Shown here: positions 11,830-21,275 of the stretch, piece by piece | Numbering within the stretch: the stretch's first letter is position 1 | Layout of the letters: each line of letters begins with the position of its first letter | Assembly (NCBI GenBank): GCA_964515375.1 | Contig: CAZERF010000001.1 | Span: forward strand, 115,243 to 179,242 | Source of the DNA: an uncultured Candidatus Saccharibacteria bacterium | GTDB lineage: Bacteria; Patescibacteriota; Minisyncoccia; Phycocordibacterales; UBA6899 | Length of the DNA: 64,000 nt | Reading direction: 5' to 3' | Made by a program: the position numbers and the translations under genes | Notes under the pieces: generated by a model | Database searches by the model: none | What the model was told of the DNA's origin: nothing | Seen by the model: the letters and a program-made list of their open reading frames with translations, nothing else

Positions 11830-11894
11830 ATTGGGTGAAATGAACTACTCTCCTATTATATAATGCTTATTCTGCAAGGTCAATACTTGCATAT

Positions 11895-11922
11895 TTGCAA
11901 GTTTTAAAAAACCGTGTAGAAT
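11895..11922 (+). promoter_or_regulatory. Sigma70-like promoter for rplU
   Basis: TTGCAA (11895-11900), a 16-nt spacer, then TAGAAT (11917-11922). The predicted TSS is only a few nt before the ATG at 11933, so the transcript would be near-leaderless. Confidence 0.4.
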
Positions 11923-11932
11923 GCTAATCACT

Positions 11933-12280
11933 ATGTCATTCGCAGTAATCCAAACAGGCGGTAAGCAGTACAAGGTCGAGGCGGGAGATGTCCTCACGAT
12001 CGAGAAGCTTTTTCAGCCCCACAAGGCCGGCGAACAGCCCGCTCTTTATGAAGATGGTGCAAAGGTGGTTTTTGACCAAGTGCTCTTGGTCGACGATGGT
12101 GCAAGCACCAAGGTTGGCGCACCGTATGTTTCCGGAGCCAAGGTCACCGCGTCGGTCGTGGTTGCCGAAGGAAAGGGAGACAAGGTGCTCGTGGTGAAAT
12201 ATCGCCCCAAGAGCCGCTACTACAAGAAGAACGGTCATCGCCAACCCTTCACACAGGTCAAGATCGAATCGATCGCCTAG
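11933..12280 (+). CDS. rplU: 50S ribosomal protein L21
   Basis: MSFAVIQTGGKQYKVEAGDVLTIEKL is the canonical L21 N-terminus. The track ORF starts at 11921; I take 11933 as the likely start. Confidence 0.9.
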   Translation: MSFAVIQTGGKQYKVEAGDVLTIEKLFQPHKAGEQPALYEDGAKVVFDQVLLVDDGASTKVGAPYVSGAKVTASVVVAEGKGDKVLVVKYRPKSRYYKKNGHRQPFTQVKIESIA

Positions 12281-12304
12281 CCAAAAAAGATCGCAAAAAA
12301 GAAG

Positions 12305-12333
12305 AACGCCCCGTATTGGGGCGTTTTTTTTTG
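12305..12333. terminator. Bidirectional rho-independent terminator
   Basis: AACGCCCC-gtat-TGGGGCGTT hairpin followed by T9, with an A-rich tract on the other side. It serves rplU (+) and the convergent 12352..12675 gene (-). Confidence 0.8.
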
Positions 12334-12351
12334 AGATCGACCGGAGATCCT

Positions 12352-12675
12352 TTAGTCCAGTCGAGTCATAGAGATGATGTGAATCTGTGAGCTACGACAT
12401 TGCCCTTCGACCATTGTCGCAAGAGACGCACGAACATTGACAAGGTCGTTATTGTTCATAATGGGTCCGGACAACTGAAGGACCGCATCGCCAACCGCGC
12501 ATTCATGTGACCCCTCCTTTGCGGCAAAGGAGAAGAAGTACGTCGCCTTCTTTGCTTTGATGGTGAGTGTCTTGTTGATCAGGGGAATCTCCATTGTTGT
12601 TGCTTCCCCTTGCGCGAACAGAGTGGGAGAGACCAAGAACATTACCGTGATGAGAAACAGACGAATGGCATGCAT
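12352..12675 (-). CDS. Hypothetical secreted protein, 107 aa, with N-terminal signal peptide
   Basis: MHAIRLFLITVMFLVSPTLFAQGE is a signal peptide with an A-Q-G cleavage context. Two Cys are present, and I recognise no motif. Confidence 0.5.
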   Translation of the reverse strand: MHAIRLFLITVMFLVSPTLFAQGEATTMEIPLINKTLTIKAKKATYFFSFAAKEGSHECAVGDAVLQLSGPIMNNNDLVNVRASLATMVEGQCRSSQIHIISMTRLD

Positions 12676-12750
12676 GACGACCTCCGGATGGGTATGAAGC
12701 GTGAAGAATGTGACCTTATTTTATTATAACACATTTACAGTATTTTGCAA

Positions 12751-13368
12751 TCACTTGCGTCCTTCAAGCGCGAAACGGAGAGTTTCCGCATCGGAGTATT
12801 CGAGCTCGGTGCCGGTCGAGAGCCCGCGCCCGAGTGTGGTGATCGCGATCAAATGCTCTGCGGTGATCGGCTCGATCACACTCCGTACATACTCCGCGGT
12901 GTGTTCGCTTTCGGGGGTGACCGCACAAGCAAGAATGATCTCCTTGAGGTTCATTGCCTCTCTAAGGATGCGTTCGCGGAGTGCGTTTACCTTTATCCGT
13001 GAAGGAGGGTCCTTCTCGAGGATGGGGAGCGTGCCACCAAGGACGAAATAGAGACCATTGTAAGTACCACTGCGTTCGATGGCTTCGAGGTCGGAATCTT
13101 TTTCAACGACCATGATGACAGCGTGGTCTCTCGTTTCACTGCTACAGATCTCACAACGCTCTCCTGCGTCTTCATAGCGTTTTGTGGAATAGCGGTGACA
13201 CTCGGTACACTCAAAGACCGAACCTTCGAGAGACTCAATGAGTGCAGCAAGTTCTTTGCGATAACTTCTGTTCTTTTTGAGCAGGAAATAGACGAAACGT
13301 TTGGATTGGCGCGTTCCGATTCCGGGAAATTCAGCAAAAAGAGCGGCGAGTTTTTGGATAGGGTCCAT
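12751..13368 (-). CDS. recR: Recombination protein RecR
   Basis: MDPIQKLAALFAEFPGIGTRQSKRF is the helix-hairpin-helix start, followed by the C4 zinc finger CTECHRYS...CEIC and a Toprim domain. The upstream part of the track ORF (to 13422) is probably not translated. Confidence 0.9.
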   Translation of the reverse strand: MDPIQKLAALFAEFPGIGTRQSKRFVYFLLKKNRSYRKELAALIESLEGSVFECTECHRYSTKRYEDAGERCEICSSETRDHAVIMVVEKDSDLEAIERSGTYNGLYFVLGGTLPILEKDPPSRIKVNALRERILREAMNLKEIILACAVTPESEHTAEYVRSVIEPITAEHLIAITTLGRGLSTGTELEYSDAETLRFALEGRK

Positions 13369-13449
13369 GGCGAGTAGGGAGTAGGGAGAGAGAAGTAAAA
13401 AATACGAAGGCATTGATCTCACTCACAATACACAAGAATCAGCAACTTT

Positions 13450-14844
13450 TTAAAAGATGTCATCAAAGGCATCACCCGAACTCATCCCGGTGTGACCCTT
13501 GTCGATATCGCGGAAGGTTGTGTGTTTGTCGTCGAAGTGGAGCTGTACAACTCCCGTGGGTCCGTTGCGGTGCTTTTCGACGAGAATCTCGGCGAGGCCT
13601 GTTTTCTCGGTGTTTTCAGGGTTTTTGTCCTCACGGTGAATAAAGAGCACCACGTCGGCGTCTTGCTCGATGGAGCCGGAATCACGAAGATCGGAGAGTC
13701 GAGGTTTGCCCCCTCGTTGTTCGACGGCACGCGAGAGCTGTGAGAGAGCGAGGACGGGAACATCGAGGTCTTTGGCGAGACCCTTGAGTGAGCGTGAGAT
13801 TTCGGTTACTTGTTGCACCATGGAATCGGAAGAGCGCATGGGGGTCATGAGTTGAAGGTAATCGACGATCACAAGTCCGAGATCGTGTTCGCTCTTCATG
13901 CGGCGGACAGCCGAACGCATGTTCATGATGTTGATGCCGGCTTGGTCGTTGATGAAGATGGGGGCCTTTGCCAAGCGATCAAGTCCTTCTCGTAAGTACG
14001 CAAATTCATGATCTTTGGAGAGTGTACCCGTGCGTAGGCGCCATGCATCGACGGAGCTTTCGGCGGCGAGCATACGATCCACCAATTGTTGGGAACTCAT
14101 TTCAAGTGAGAAGATTCCCACGGGGACATTGTGGTTGACCGCGGCGCGGCGCGCAATATCGAGCGCAAGTGTCGTTTTACCCACAGAAGGACGCGCAGCG
14201 AGAATGATAAGGTCGGACTTTTGGAGTCCCGAGAGCATCTTGTCGAGTCCTTCAAATCCGGTCGGCACACCACGAAGACCGTCTTTGTGTTCGTGGATCT
14301 CCTCGATACGCCCCCATGCTTCCGCGAGGGCATCCTTGATGTTCTGGATCCCTTTTCCGGAAGAAATATTGGTCACCGCGTAGATCTTGCTTTCGGCTTC
14401 GTCCAAGATCTCTTCAAGCGCTTTTTCTTCTTGATAACCGAGTTCGGAGACATGTTCGGCAGTGCGGATGAGGTCGCGGAGGATGTGCTTCTTTTTGACC
14501 GTTTCGGCGTAGTATTTGGCGTTTGCGGATGAAGGAACCATTCCCGCGAGTTCGGCGAGATAAGTGCGTCCGCCGATCGCTTCAAGCTGACCTTTCTCTT
14601 CGAGTCTGTTGGAGAGCGTGAGCATGTCGATCGGGTCGCGGCGACGGTGAAGCTCCATCATTGCCTCAAAGATGATGCGATGTTTTTCCGCATAGAAAGA
14701 TTCGGGAGAAAGAATGTCGGAGATGTCGTAGAGAGAGTCCGTGCGAAGCATGATGGCGCCGAGGAGCGCTTGTTCAGACTCGAGGTGTTGCGGTGGGAGG
14801 CGGAGACCGGTCGTCGGGATGTACGGACTTTTCATGAGAGCCAT
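13450..14844 (-). CDS. dnaB: Replicative DNA helicase DnaB
   Basis: 464 aa with the DnaB N-domain (LPPQHLESEQALLGAIML) and Walker A GARPSVGKTTLAL. No intein. Confidence 0.95.
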   Translation of the reverse strand: MALMKSPYIPTTGLRLPPQHLESEQALLGAIMLRTDSLYDISDILSPESFYAEKHRIIFEAMMELHRRRDPIDMLTLSNRLEEKGQLEAIGGRTYLAELAGMVPSSANAKYYAETVKKKHILRDLIRTAEHVSELGYQEEKALEEILDEAESKIYAVTNISSGKGIQNIKDALAEAWGRIEEIHEHKDGLRGVPTGFEGLDKMLSGLQKSDLIILAARPSVGKTTLALDIARRAAVNHNVPVGIFSLEMSSQQLVDRMLAAESSVDAWRLRTGTLSKDHEFAYLREGLDRLAKAPIFINDQAGINIMNMRSAVRRMKSEHDLGLVIVDYLQLMTPMRSSDSMVQQVTEISRSLKGLAKDLDVPVLALSQLSRAVEQRGGKPRLSDLRDSGSIEQDADVVLFIHREDKNPENTEKTGLAEILVEKHRNGPTGVVQLHFDDKHTTFRDIDKGHTGMSSGDAFDDIF

Positions 14845-15051
14845 TGTACCATGTTCGCGGAAGAGAAAAGAAGGTCGGGAAAAGTGCGGAAGTTGGGCAC
14901 AAGCTGTGGAGTATTTGTGCTAATTGCCTTGAAAAACACGCAAATCAAAAAAGTGGACAAAACGATATTTTCTCATAGTGTTTTTGCGATATTCACGCTT
15001 TCACGGTCTTCTTGGGCGTGCAAAAATAGAAATGCTGTGTAAAATCAAGGT

Positions 15052-15990
15052 ATGCAAGAATCGTGGAACGAAATACCTAAAGAAGACGAGTTTCCTTCCG
15101 AAGAGGTTTCTGTCTCTCTCGAAACGGACGCATTTGACATCCTTGAGACCCCAAGTGTTGACTGGGGAGCCGCGCGCGCGTACTTTGAAGAATTATTCAA
15201 AAACGATCCTTCAAATAAAGATATTGTCGCGCTGACGAATTCGCTTATTGAGATGTATCCCGCGGACGCGGAGGCGTTGACCGCATTGGCCGAGCTTCCG
15301 GGATATTTTTCTGCTCAGAGCGCGCTCGATCGGCTCCGTGACGAAGAACATTCCCGTCGCCATTTTACCCACGAAGAGCGTCGTGCGATGGAGAAGAAGA
15401 AAAAAGACCTTTTGATCCGTCTCACGCAAAATCAATTTCTCCTGACCGATACGGTGGTCAAGTATGCACACGACCCTTCCTATCTTGAGGGATTCTGGAA
15501 GTCGACAGAACTCCTTGCAAATTTCAAACACGCCGAAGGAACGATGGGGCGAACAAGAGAAAGCGTATTAGCACAAGCGAGTATCTATCAATTATTCGAG
15601 AAGTTGAACAAGCATCCGAGTCTCTCGCATCCGAGCGAGGACGCTTTCAATGCGATCGACCTTTGGATCGCTGAAGGGGAGGAGAAGCAGGCGGTGCAGG
15701 TGAAGGGTGCGCCAAAGAAAGAAGAGTTCAGTGTCATTCCCGCAGCCGAGCGGATATCCTTCCCGGGTGTTGCCGTGCACACCAAGGAAGGTCAACAGCA
15801 TCACTACAACGCGTATACGCAAGATGAACACAATAAGTTTTGCGCAAAGCTTGACCAGTACAACAGGACGACACATCAAGCAGTCGAGGGGTTCCTCATT
15901 GTGATTCCGCGTGATCGTCGGGATCCCGTGACCGGTGAGCCGGATGCGATACTTGTCGAGGAGGCACGCACGCGATTGGGTGCACACTGA
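15052..15990 (+). CDS. Hypothetical protein, 312 aa, acidic N-terminus, no recognisable domain
   Basis: Clean ORF with protein-like composition. A divergent promoter region lies upstream and a strong bidirectional terminator downstream. Confidence 0.5.
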   Translation: MQESWNEIPKEDEFPSEEVSVSLETDAFDILETPSVDWGAARAYFEELFKNDPSNKDIVALTNSLIEMYPADAEALTALAELPGYFSAQSALDRLRDEEHSRRHFTHEERRAMEKKKKDLLIRLTQNQFLLTDTVVKYAHDPSYLEGFWKSTELLANFKHAEGTMGRTRESVLAQASIYQLFEKLNKHPSLSHPSEDAFNAIDLWIAEGEEKQAVQVKGAPKKEEFSVIPAAERISFPGVAVHTKEGQQHHYNAYTQDEHNKFCAKLDQYNRTTHQAVEGFLIVIPRDRRDPVTGEPDAILVEEARTRLGAH

Positions 15991-16008
15991 ATACCATCAT
16001 AAAAAAAA

Positions 16009-16039
16009 GACTCGCCGGATAACGGCGAGTCTTTTTTTT
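16009..16039. terminator. Bidirectional rho-independent terminator
   Basis: GACTCGCCG-gataa-CGGCGAGTC is flanked by A8 and T8. It separates the 15052..15990 gene (+) from the RND gene (-). Confidence 0.8.
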
Positions 16040-16040
16040 G

Positions 16041-19000
16041 TCAGTGTTTTTGAGGAACACCTTTTGTTTGCGCAAACTCTTTGCCCGGCCATCGGTAGAA
16101 GAGAACAGGGATCAGGGCAAGGGTGAGAATGATCGCAAAGGAAAGTCCGAACATGATCGCATATGCGAGCGGACCCCAGAGAGGCGATGCGGACACGAGG
16201 GGGACCATTCCGATGACTGTGGTGATCGTCGTCAGGAAGATGGGACGCAAGCGTACCGCCGACGCTTGAATGATCGCCTCGCGCAGCGTGAGGTTTTCGT
16301 CGTTGTGGCGAAGTCGTACGAGGATCGAGTCGAGGAGAATGATCGCGTGATTGATGATCACTCCCGCGAGCGCGATGATGCCGAGCATTGAAGGGAAGGA
16401 AAGCGCTGCTCCGGTCGCCGCGAGCCCCGCCATGACCCCGATCAGTGAAAGAGGGATGATCGAGAGGAGGTATAGTGTGTAGCGGAACGAGTTGAATTCA
16501 AGCACCAAGATGCCGAGCATGAGTATCATTCCGGCAATGAGTGCAATTCCCATTTCCGTGAAGGATTCATTTACATCCTCGCTCTCTCCTCCGTATTCCA
16601 CGGTGACGGACGGGTCAAGAGAAAGTTCTTGTGTTCGCGCGCGGAGTTCGTCCACGATCTCGATCGCAGTTCTTTCTCCGCTTGTCTGCGCGGTCACCAC
16701 AGCGATCCTTTTTTGATCCTCACGTGAAATAGCAAAGCGTCCTTGTTCGACCCGTGTTTCGATAAGTGTGCCAAGTAGAATGCTCCCTTGAGGTGTCGGA
16801 ATGGGAATCTGTGCGATCTCACTCGGAACAGTATCCGTTGTTTCTTCCGGATTCACAAATTCGGGGTTGAGATCAAGCTTGACGACCACGTCGATGCTCT
16901 CGTCGTCGGTACGTATCGTTGTTGCAGTAACCCCCGACACGGCAGTCCGAATGGTCTGTGCAACCTGTGCGACCGAAAGTCCCGCCTCCGCGACTCTGTC
17001 GCGATCGATCCCAATGGTGAAACGGGTTCCGTCTTCGCGTGTCCCTACTGTGACATCGCGTGTTCCCGCGATCTCGGTGAGGAGTTGCTCAACTTTTTCC
17101 GATGATGTTTGAAGAAGGTCAAGGTCTTCACCGGAAAGTACGATGCGTATCGGCGCGGAAGAAGGAGGACCCGAACCCATTTGGTCGACTGTGACCTTTG
17201 CGTCGGTGACCCCGTTTAATTCTTCGCGAAGTTTGCGCATGATATCAAGCGATGTGTCTGTGCGGTCATCGCGCAGCATGAGGGTGATATTTCCCAATTT
17301 TTCTCCGCCCGAAGCACCGTTCTGGTTGAAGGAAGAACCTTCTCCGACTGTGGTGACAAAGGACTCGATATACGGGGAGGCATAGAGTACTTCTTCGACC
17401 GCGCGGATAGTGCGGTCTGTTTCTTGCAGTGTCGTTCCTTCTTGACGTTCTATTTCAATGTAGACGAGGTCTTGATCTCCTTCGGGGAAGAACTGCACAC
17501 GTACGAGTCCCATAATGGGAAGTGCCATCGCAAGAATGAATCCGCCTATCATGACACTCAAAAAGATATTTTGCGCGCGGCGGTTATCGAGCAATTGTCC
17601 CAATACACGTTTGTACCATCCGCGTGCCCGTTCTGCGTATTCTTCTTGCTTGTCCTCCATGCGGTTCTTGTGCTCCTTGGAGAGGAGGATTGCCAGGAGT
17701 GGGACCATCCCAAGCGCCACAAAGACTGACGCGATGAGGACGAAGATGATCGTGAAGGGGATCGAGGCAATGAATTCTCCGACAATTCCCGAAATGAAGA
17801 AGAGAGGGACGAAGACCGCAACGGTGGTCATTGTTCCGGCGATGAGCGGCCATGCGTATTCGCGGATGGACGCGATCGCGGCGTCTTCAAGCTTTTTGTA
17901 TTTGCGTTGTCTTGCATGTATCGCTTCGGTCACAACGATCCCCGAATCAACAAGGATACCGACCGCAAGAATGAGCGAGAAGAGGGAGATGAAGTTGAGT
18001 GTATTCCCGGATGCTTGCAGTCCGATGAACGCGATCACGAAGGAAAGCGGGATCGACAGCGCCGCGACAATGGATTCTCTCCATCCGATCGTCAGAAGGA
18101 GCATGAGCATAACAAGCCCAACGGTTTCAAGTCCTACTCGCGTGAGTTCACGGAGGTCTTTCTCGACGAGCTCACCGCGGTCGAACGAAATAACGATATT
18201 TGCGTCGGTGAGCATTGTTGTGCGTAGTTCTTCGAGTCGGTCGCGAACATCCTGCGCAATGTGTGTCACATCACCACCCTCTTTTTTGAAGACGGAAAGA
18301 GTAATGGACTGTTCGGATGGCGCGCCGTCAACTGAAATACGAGAGAGGGAAGAGGGGCGAGCAAGACCATCCATGACAACCGCGACATCACGCATCCGAA
18401 TGACCCCCGCGTCACCACCCGCGACCGGAAGATCCCCGATCGTAGTCGTCTCTTCGAGTGTTCCTTCGAAGTTGATGGGGTAGTTCACGTCGGCGACTGT
18501 GATCGTTCCGACCGGTACAGCGATGTTTGCCGATTGGAGCGCAGAGACGACCTGGTCGATGCGGATCCCATAGGTGAGGAGCGCGGAGCGTTTGATGATG
18601 ACGGATACTTCGCGATCACGAACACCGCTTACCGCAACCTTTGAAACACCTCGCACTTTCTTCATCTCATCGGTAAGGGTGCGCGCAAGATCCGGAAGTT
18701 CTCCGGAGGGGCGGTCGACGGAGATCGAGGCGATGAGGATCGGTTGGTCGGCGAAGTTGATCCTTGCAACACGTGGCTCGTCCGCTTCTGCGGGAAGGAG
18801 CGGTCTTGCTCGGTCTACCGCGTCTTTTAAGTCTTGTATGGATTGGTTGATGTCGGCGCTGGCATTCCATTGCACCGTCACGACGGAAACACCCTCTCGG
18901 GATGATGAAGTGACGGTGTCGATGTTCTCGAGATTTGCCGCCTCCTCTTCGATATGCATACTAATAAGCCGCTCCACATCTTCAGCACTTCCGCCGCGCA

Positions 19001-19154
19001 ACGTCGTTGAAACGATGCCGATCGGAATGACCACTTCAGGGGAAGACTCTTTCGGTATGGTGACGAGTGAATAGAGTCCCGCGCCGACGAGCGCGAGCAT
19101 GATCATGTAGGTGAATGCGCGCTTTTTCAGGAAGAATATCCAAATGTTGTGCAT
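16041..19154 (-). CDS. RND-family efflux transporter, inner-membrane permease (AcrB/HAE1-like)
   Basis: 1037 aa with 12 TM segments and two large periplasmic loops. RND conservation is typical throughout. Confidence 0.9.
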   Translation of the reverse strand: MHNIWIFFLKKRAFTYMIMLALVGAGLYSLVTIPKESSPEVVIPIGIVSTTLRGGSAEDVERLISMHIEEEAANLENIDTVTSSSREGVSVVTVQWNASADINQSIQDLKDAVDRARPLLPAEADEPRVARINFADQPILIASISVDRPSGELPDLARTLTDEMKKVRGVSKVAVSGVRDREVSVIIKRSALLTYGIRIDQVVSALQSANIAVPVGTITVADVNYPINFEGTLEETTTIGDLPVAGGDAGVIRMRDVAVVMDGLARPSSLSRISVDGAPSEQSITLSVFKKEGGDVTHIAQDVRDRLEELRTTMLTDANIVISFDRGELVEKDLRELTRVGLETVGLVMLMLLLTIGWRESIVAALSIPLSFVIAFIGLQASGNTLNFISLFSLILAVGILVDSGIVVTEAIHARQRKYKKLEDAAIASIREYAWPLIAGTMTTVAVFVPLFFISGIVGEFIASIPFTIIFVLIASVFVALGMVPLLAILLSKEHKNRMEDKQEEYAERARGWYKRVLGQLLDNRRAQNIFLSVMIGGFILAMALPIMGLVRVQFFPEGDQDLVYIEIERQEGTTLQETDRTIRAVEEVLYASPYIESFVTTVGEGSSFNQNGASGGEKLGNITLMLRDDRTDTSLDIMRKLREELNGVTDAKVTVDQMGSGPPSSAPIRIVLSGEDLDLLQTSSEKVEQLLTEIAGTRDVTVGTREDGTRFTIGIDRDRVAEAGLSVAQVAQTIRTAVSGVTATTIRTDDESIDVVVKLDLNPEFVNPEETTDTVPSEIAQIPIPTPQGSILLGTLIETRVEQGRFAISREDQKRIAVVTAQTSGERTAIEIVDELRARTQELSLDPSVTVEYGGESEDVNESFTEMGIALIAGMILMLGILVLEFNSFRYTLYLLSIIPLSLIGVMAGLAATGAALSFPSMLGIIALAGVIINHAIILLDSILVRLRHNDENLTLREAIIQASAVRLRPIFLTTITTVIGMVPLVSASPLWGPLAYAIMFGLSFAIILTLALIPVLFYRWPGKEFAQTKGVPQKH

Positions 19155-19158
19155 AGGC

Positions 19159-20748
19159 CTATTTGCGCGTTACTGTTTGTCCTGACCGTAGTCCTCGGGC
19201 GTCAACAACGATCTCCATGTCGGGTGTGATCCCGTTGGTAATGACGATCATGTCGCCCAAGAGTGCTCCCTCGGTTATGTTGTGCGCGACGAGTGTGCTT
19301 GATGCGTTCACGGTAAAGACGAAGGACCCTTCGGGGGTGATCTTTATTGCGGTCAAAGGGACGCGCAATTGATCATCGGAGGAGGTTTTCATGATCGTGC
19401 GTTCTGTCGTGACGCGGACCGAGCTTCCGTTCCGAAGACCTCTTCCTCCTTCGGTAAGCGCGATCTTGATTTCGACTTTCTTTGTCCGTGGATCGAGTGC
19501 TGGCGCAATGCGCGCGATCTTTCCTTTGAATGTCTTATCGATCAAGACGTCTCCTCCGACACGAAGCATCGCGGCATCTCCTTCTGTTGCTTGCACGAGG
19601 ACTTCGAGCGCGCCGTTGTTCGCGATCGTTGCGATCTCGGTGTAGGGGGAGAGAATATCTCCCGATGAAACGGGGAGTGCGGTAATGCTCCCTGTGATGG
19701 GGCTGCGGACGATCGTTTTCTCCAGTCGAGCGCGTGCGGCATCGAGATTTCCCTTCGCGCTTCGGAGGTTTGCCTCCGCGATCGCACCGCTCCCTTCTCT
19801 GGTTTGGAGGAGACTTTCTTGCGCGATCTTGCTTCCGGAGACACTCGCACTGAGCGCGGTTCGTGCTCCCGCAACTGAGGAAAGTGCCCCGTTCACTCCG
19901 CTCCGAGTTTGTGCGACGGTCGCCTTCCATGCATCGATCGTTGCGCGACTCGTATTTGTGTCGGGGATAGCGATGCTAAGCGCGCGCGCGATATCGTCGA
20001 GATAGCGCGCGGTCGTGTTGAGTTCTGTCTCAACAAGAGCAAGTTCGGCGCGGAGATCGCTTGTTGTGGTGAGTGCACGGTTTCGTTCCTCGCGTTCTGT
20101 TACTGTATTAAGAATAGGGAGATGTGCAGTCTCGATGTCGATCACAAGTTTTGCATCGGGTATCGAGGGAATGAATCGTGCGTCGCGTTGTCCGGGGTTC
20201 ACAAACATGGGATTGGTCTTTGCGCGCGTCGCGTCATCAAGTGTTGCGTATGCGCTACGGATAGCGTTCAGCGCTTGAGTGTTTGCGTTCTCAAGTGTCG
20301 TGGCCGCGGAGTCAGTGTTGATCGTCGCGATCGAGCCGCTGATGCCGCTTGCACGGAGGGCTGCTTGCGCACTCTCGTACGCGCCCGTCGCACTCTCGAC
20401 CGCCGCGCGCTCCGTGGAGTTCTCGAATTCCGCGATGACCGCCCCGGCGGAAACATTATCACCGAGACGTTTGTATACCGTCACCCTCCCCGAAGATTCT
20501 CCGCGAACAACCGCTTCTTGTTGCGAAACGACTGTTCCGAGAAGAGAAAGGGGGGATCCGGAACGGGAGAGTTCCTCGACCCGCATTGTGTTCACTGCGC
20601 GCGGACTTGCCGTCTGTGTCTCGATACTTTCCTTTGTGCTGTCGCGAAATACGAAAAGCAAAAGCAGTATCGCGATAATGATGATGAGAATACCTTTGCG
20701 AGTGCGTGCGCCCCGGATGATGCGGCCCCATTGTTGTGTGACGTTCAT
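19159..20748 (-). CDS. RND efflux membrane fusion protein (HlyD/periplasmic adaptor family)
   Basis: N-terminal TM anchor, a long coiled-coil hairpin, and lipoyl/beta-barrel-like segments. It sits directly upstream of the RND gene, and the marR stop overlaps its start by 4 nt. Confidence 0.8.
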   Translation of the reverse strand: MNVTQQWGRIIRGARTRKGILIIIIAILLLLFVFRDSTKESIETQTASPRAVNTMRVEELSRSGSPLSLLGTVVSQQEAVVRGESSGRVTVYKRLGDNVSAGAVIAEFENSTERAAVESATGAYESAQAALRASGISGSIATINTDSAATTLENANTQALNAIRSAYATLDDATRAKTNPMFVNPGQRDARFIPSIPDAKLVIDIETAHLPILNTVTEREERNRALTTTSDLRAELALVETELNTTARYLDDIARALSIAIPDTNTSRATIDAWKATVAQTRSGVNGALSSVAGARTALSASVSGSKIAQESLLQTREGSGAIAEANLRSAKGNLDAARARLEKTIVRSPITGSITALPVSSGDILSPYTEIATIANNGALEVLVQATEGDAAMLRVGGDVLIDKTFKGKIARIAPALDPRTKKVEIKIALTEGGRGLRNGSSVRVTTERTIMKTSSDDQLRVPLTAIKITPEGSFVFTVNASSTLVAHNITEGALLGDMIVITNGITPDMEIVVDARGLRSGQTVTRK

Positions 20749-21212
20749 GATCGTGTGTCGTTCTTTTGGATAAGTTGCGCGGTGATACGGGAGAGTGAGC
20801 TGCGCAGCGTCTCACGCTCTTTTTCGGAAAGGCTTCGAGTGAATAGGTCTTGCAGTGCAAGATCGAGTAGTTCGTACGCGCGCTCGAGTTCGCGTGCACC
20901 TTTTGTGGTCAGTGCGAGCACGTGCTTGCGTCGATTGTCCGGATCTTCCGTGCGGGTGAGGAGGCCTTCTTCCGCCAGTGCACTCACATGTCGCGAGACT
21001 GTCGCTTCCGTAAGTGATGTGGCTTCCGCGATGTCGGTTTGAGATGCCTTCTCCTTGCAGTGGATGGGCATAAGAACAAGGAACTGTGCAAACGTGATGC
21101 GCCCCGATTCGGCGAGGCGTTGCTCAAGGTGTCGTTGAATAAGAAAATTCGCCTGATGGATACTGTGCATGAGGCCGGCGCCCCAAGAAAGCATCGCGTG
21201 TTTATTTGTCAT
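20745..21212 (-). CDS. MarR-family transcriptional regulator
   Basis: 155 aa with the winged helix (...TFAQFLVLMPIHCKEKASQTDIAEATSLTEATVSRHVSALAEEGLLTRTEDPDNRRKHVLALT...). Confidence 0.85.
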   Translation of the reverse strand: MTNKHAMLSWGAGLMHSIHQANFLIQRHLEQRLAESGRITFAQFLVLMPIHCKEKASQTDIAEATSLTEATVSRHVSALAEEGLLTRTEDPDNRRKHVLALTTKGARELERAYELLDLALQDLFTRSLSEKERETLRSSLSRITAQLIQKNDTRS

Positions 21213-21224
21213 AAGTGGGCAAAT

Positions 21225-21238
21225 GTTAGCATGCTAAC
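21225..21238. promoter_or_regulatory. Perfect 14-bp palindrome GTTAGCATGCTAAC in the marR upstream region, a candidate MarR operator
   Basis: The palindrome lies 13-26 nt upstream of the marR start codon and overlaps a minus-strand TTGACG...TAACAT promoter-like element. Confidence 0.4.
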
Positions 21239-21275
21239 TATTTGTACGTCAAGAGTCAAAAAATGGACACAGATA

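Noticed and set aside
17515-18483. 322-aa ORF inside the RND permease gene (other strand)
   Set aside because: Ser/Arg/Thr-rich with no motifs. It is antisense to a highly conserved transporter.
19909-21042. 377-aa Cys/Arg-rich ORF spanning the MFP and marR genes on the opposite strand
   Set aside because: Non-protein-like composition. It overlaps two well-supported genes.
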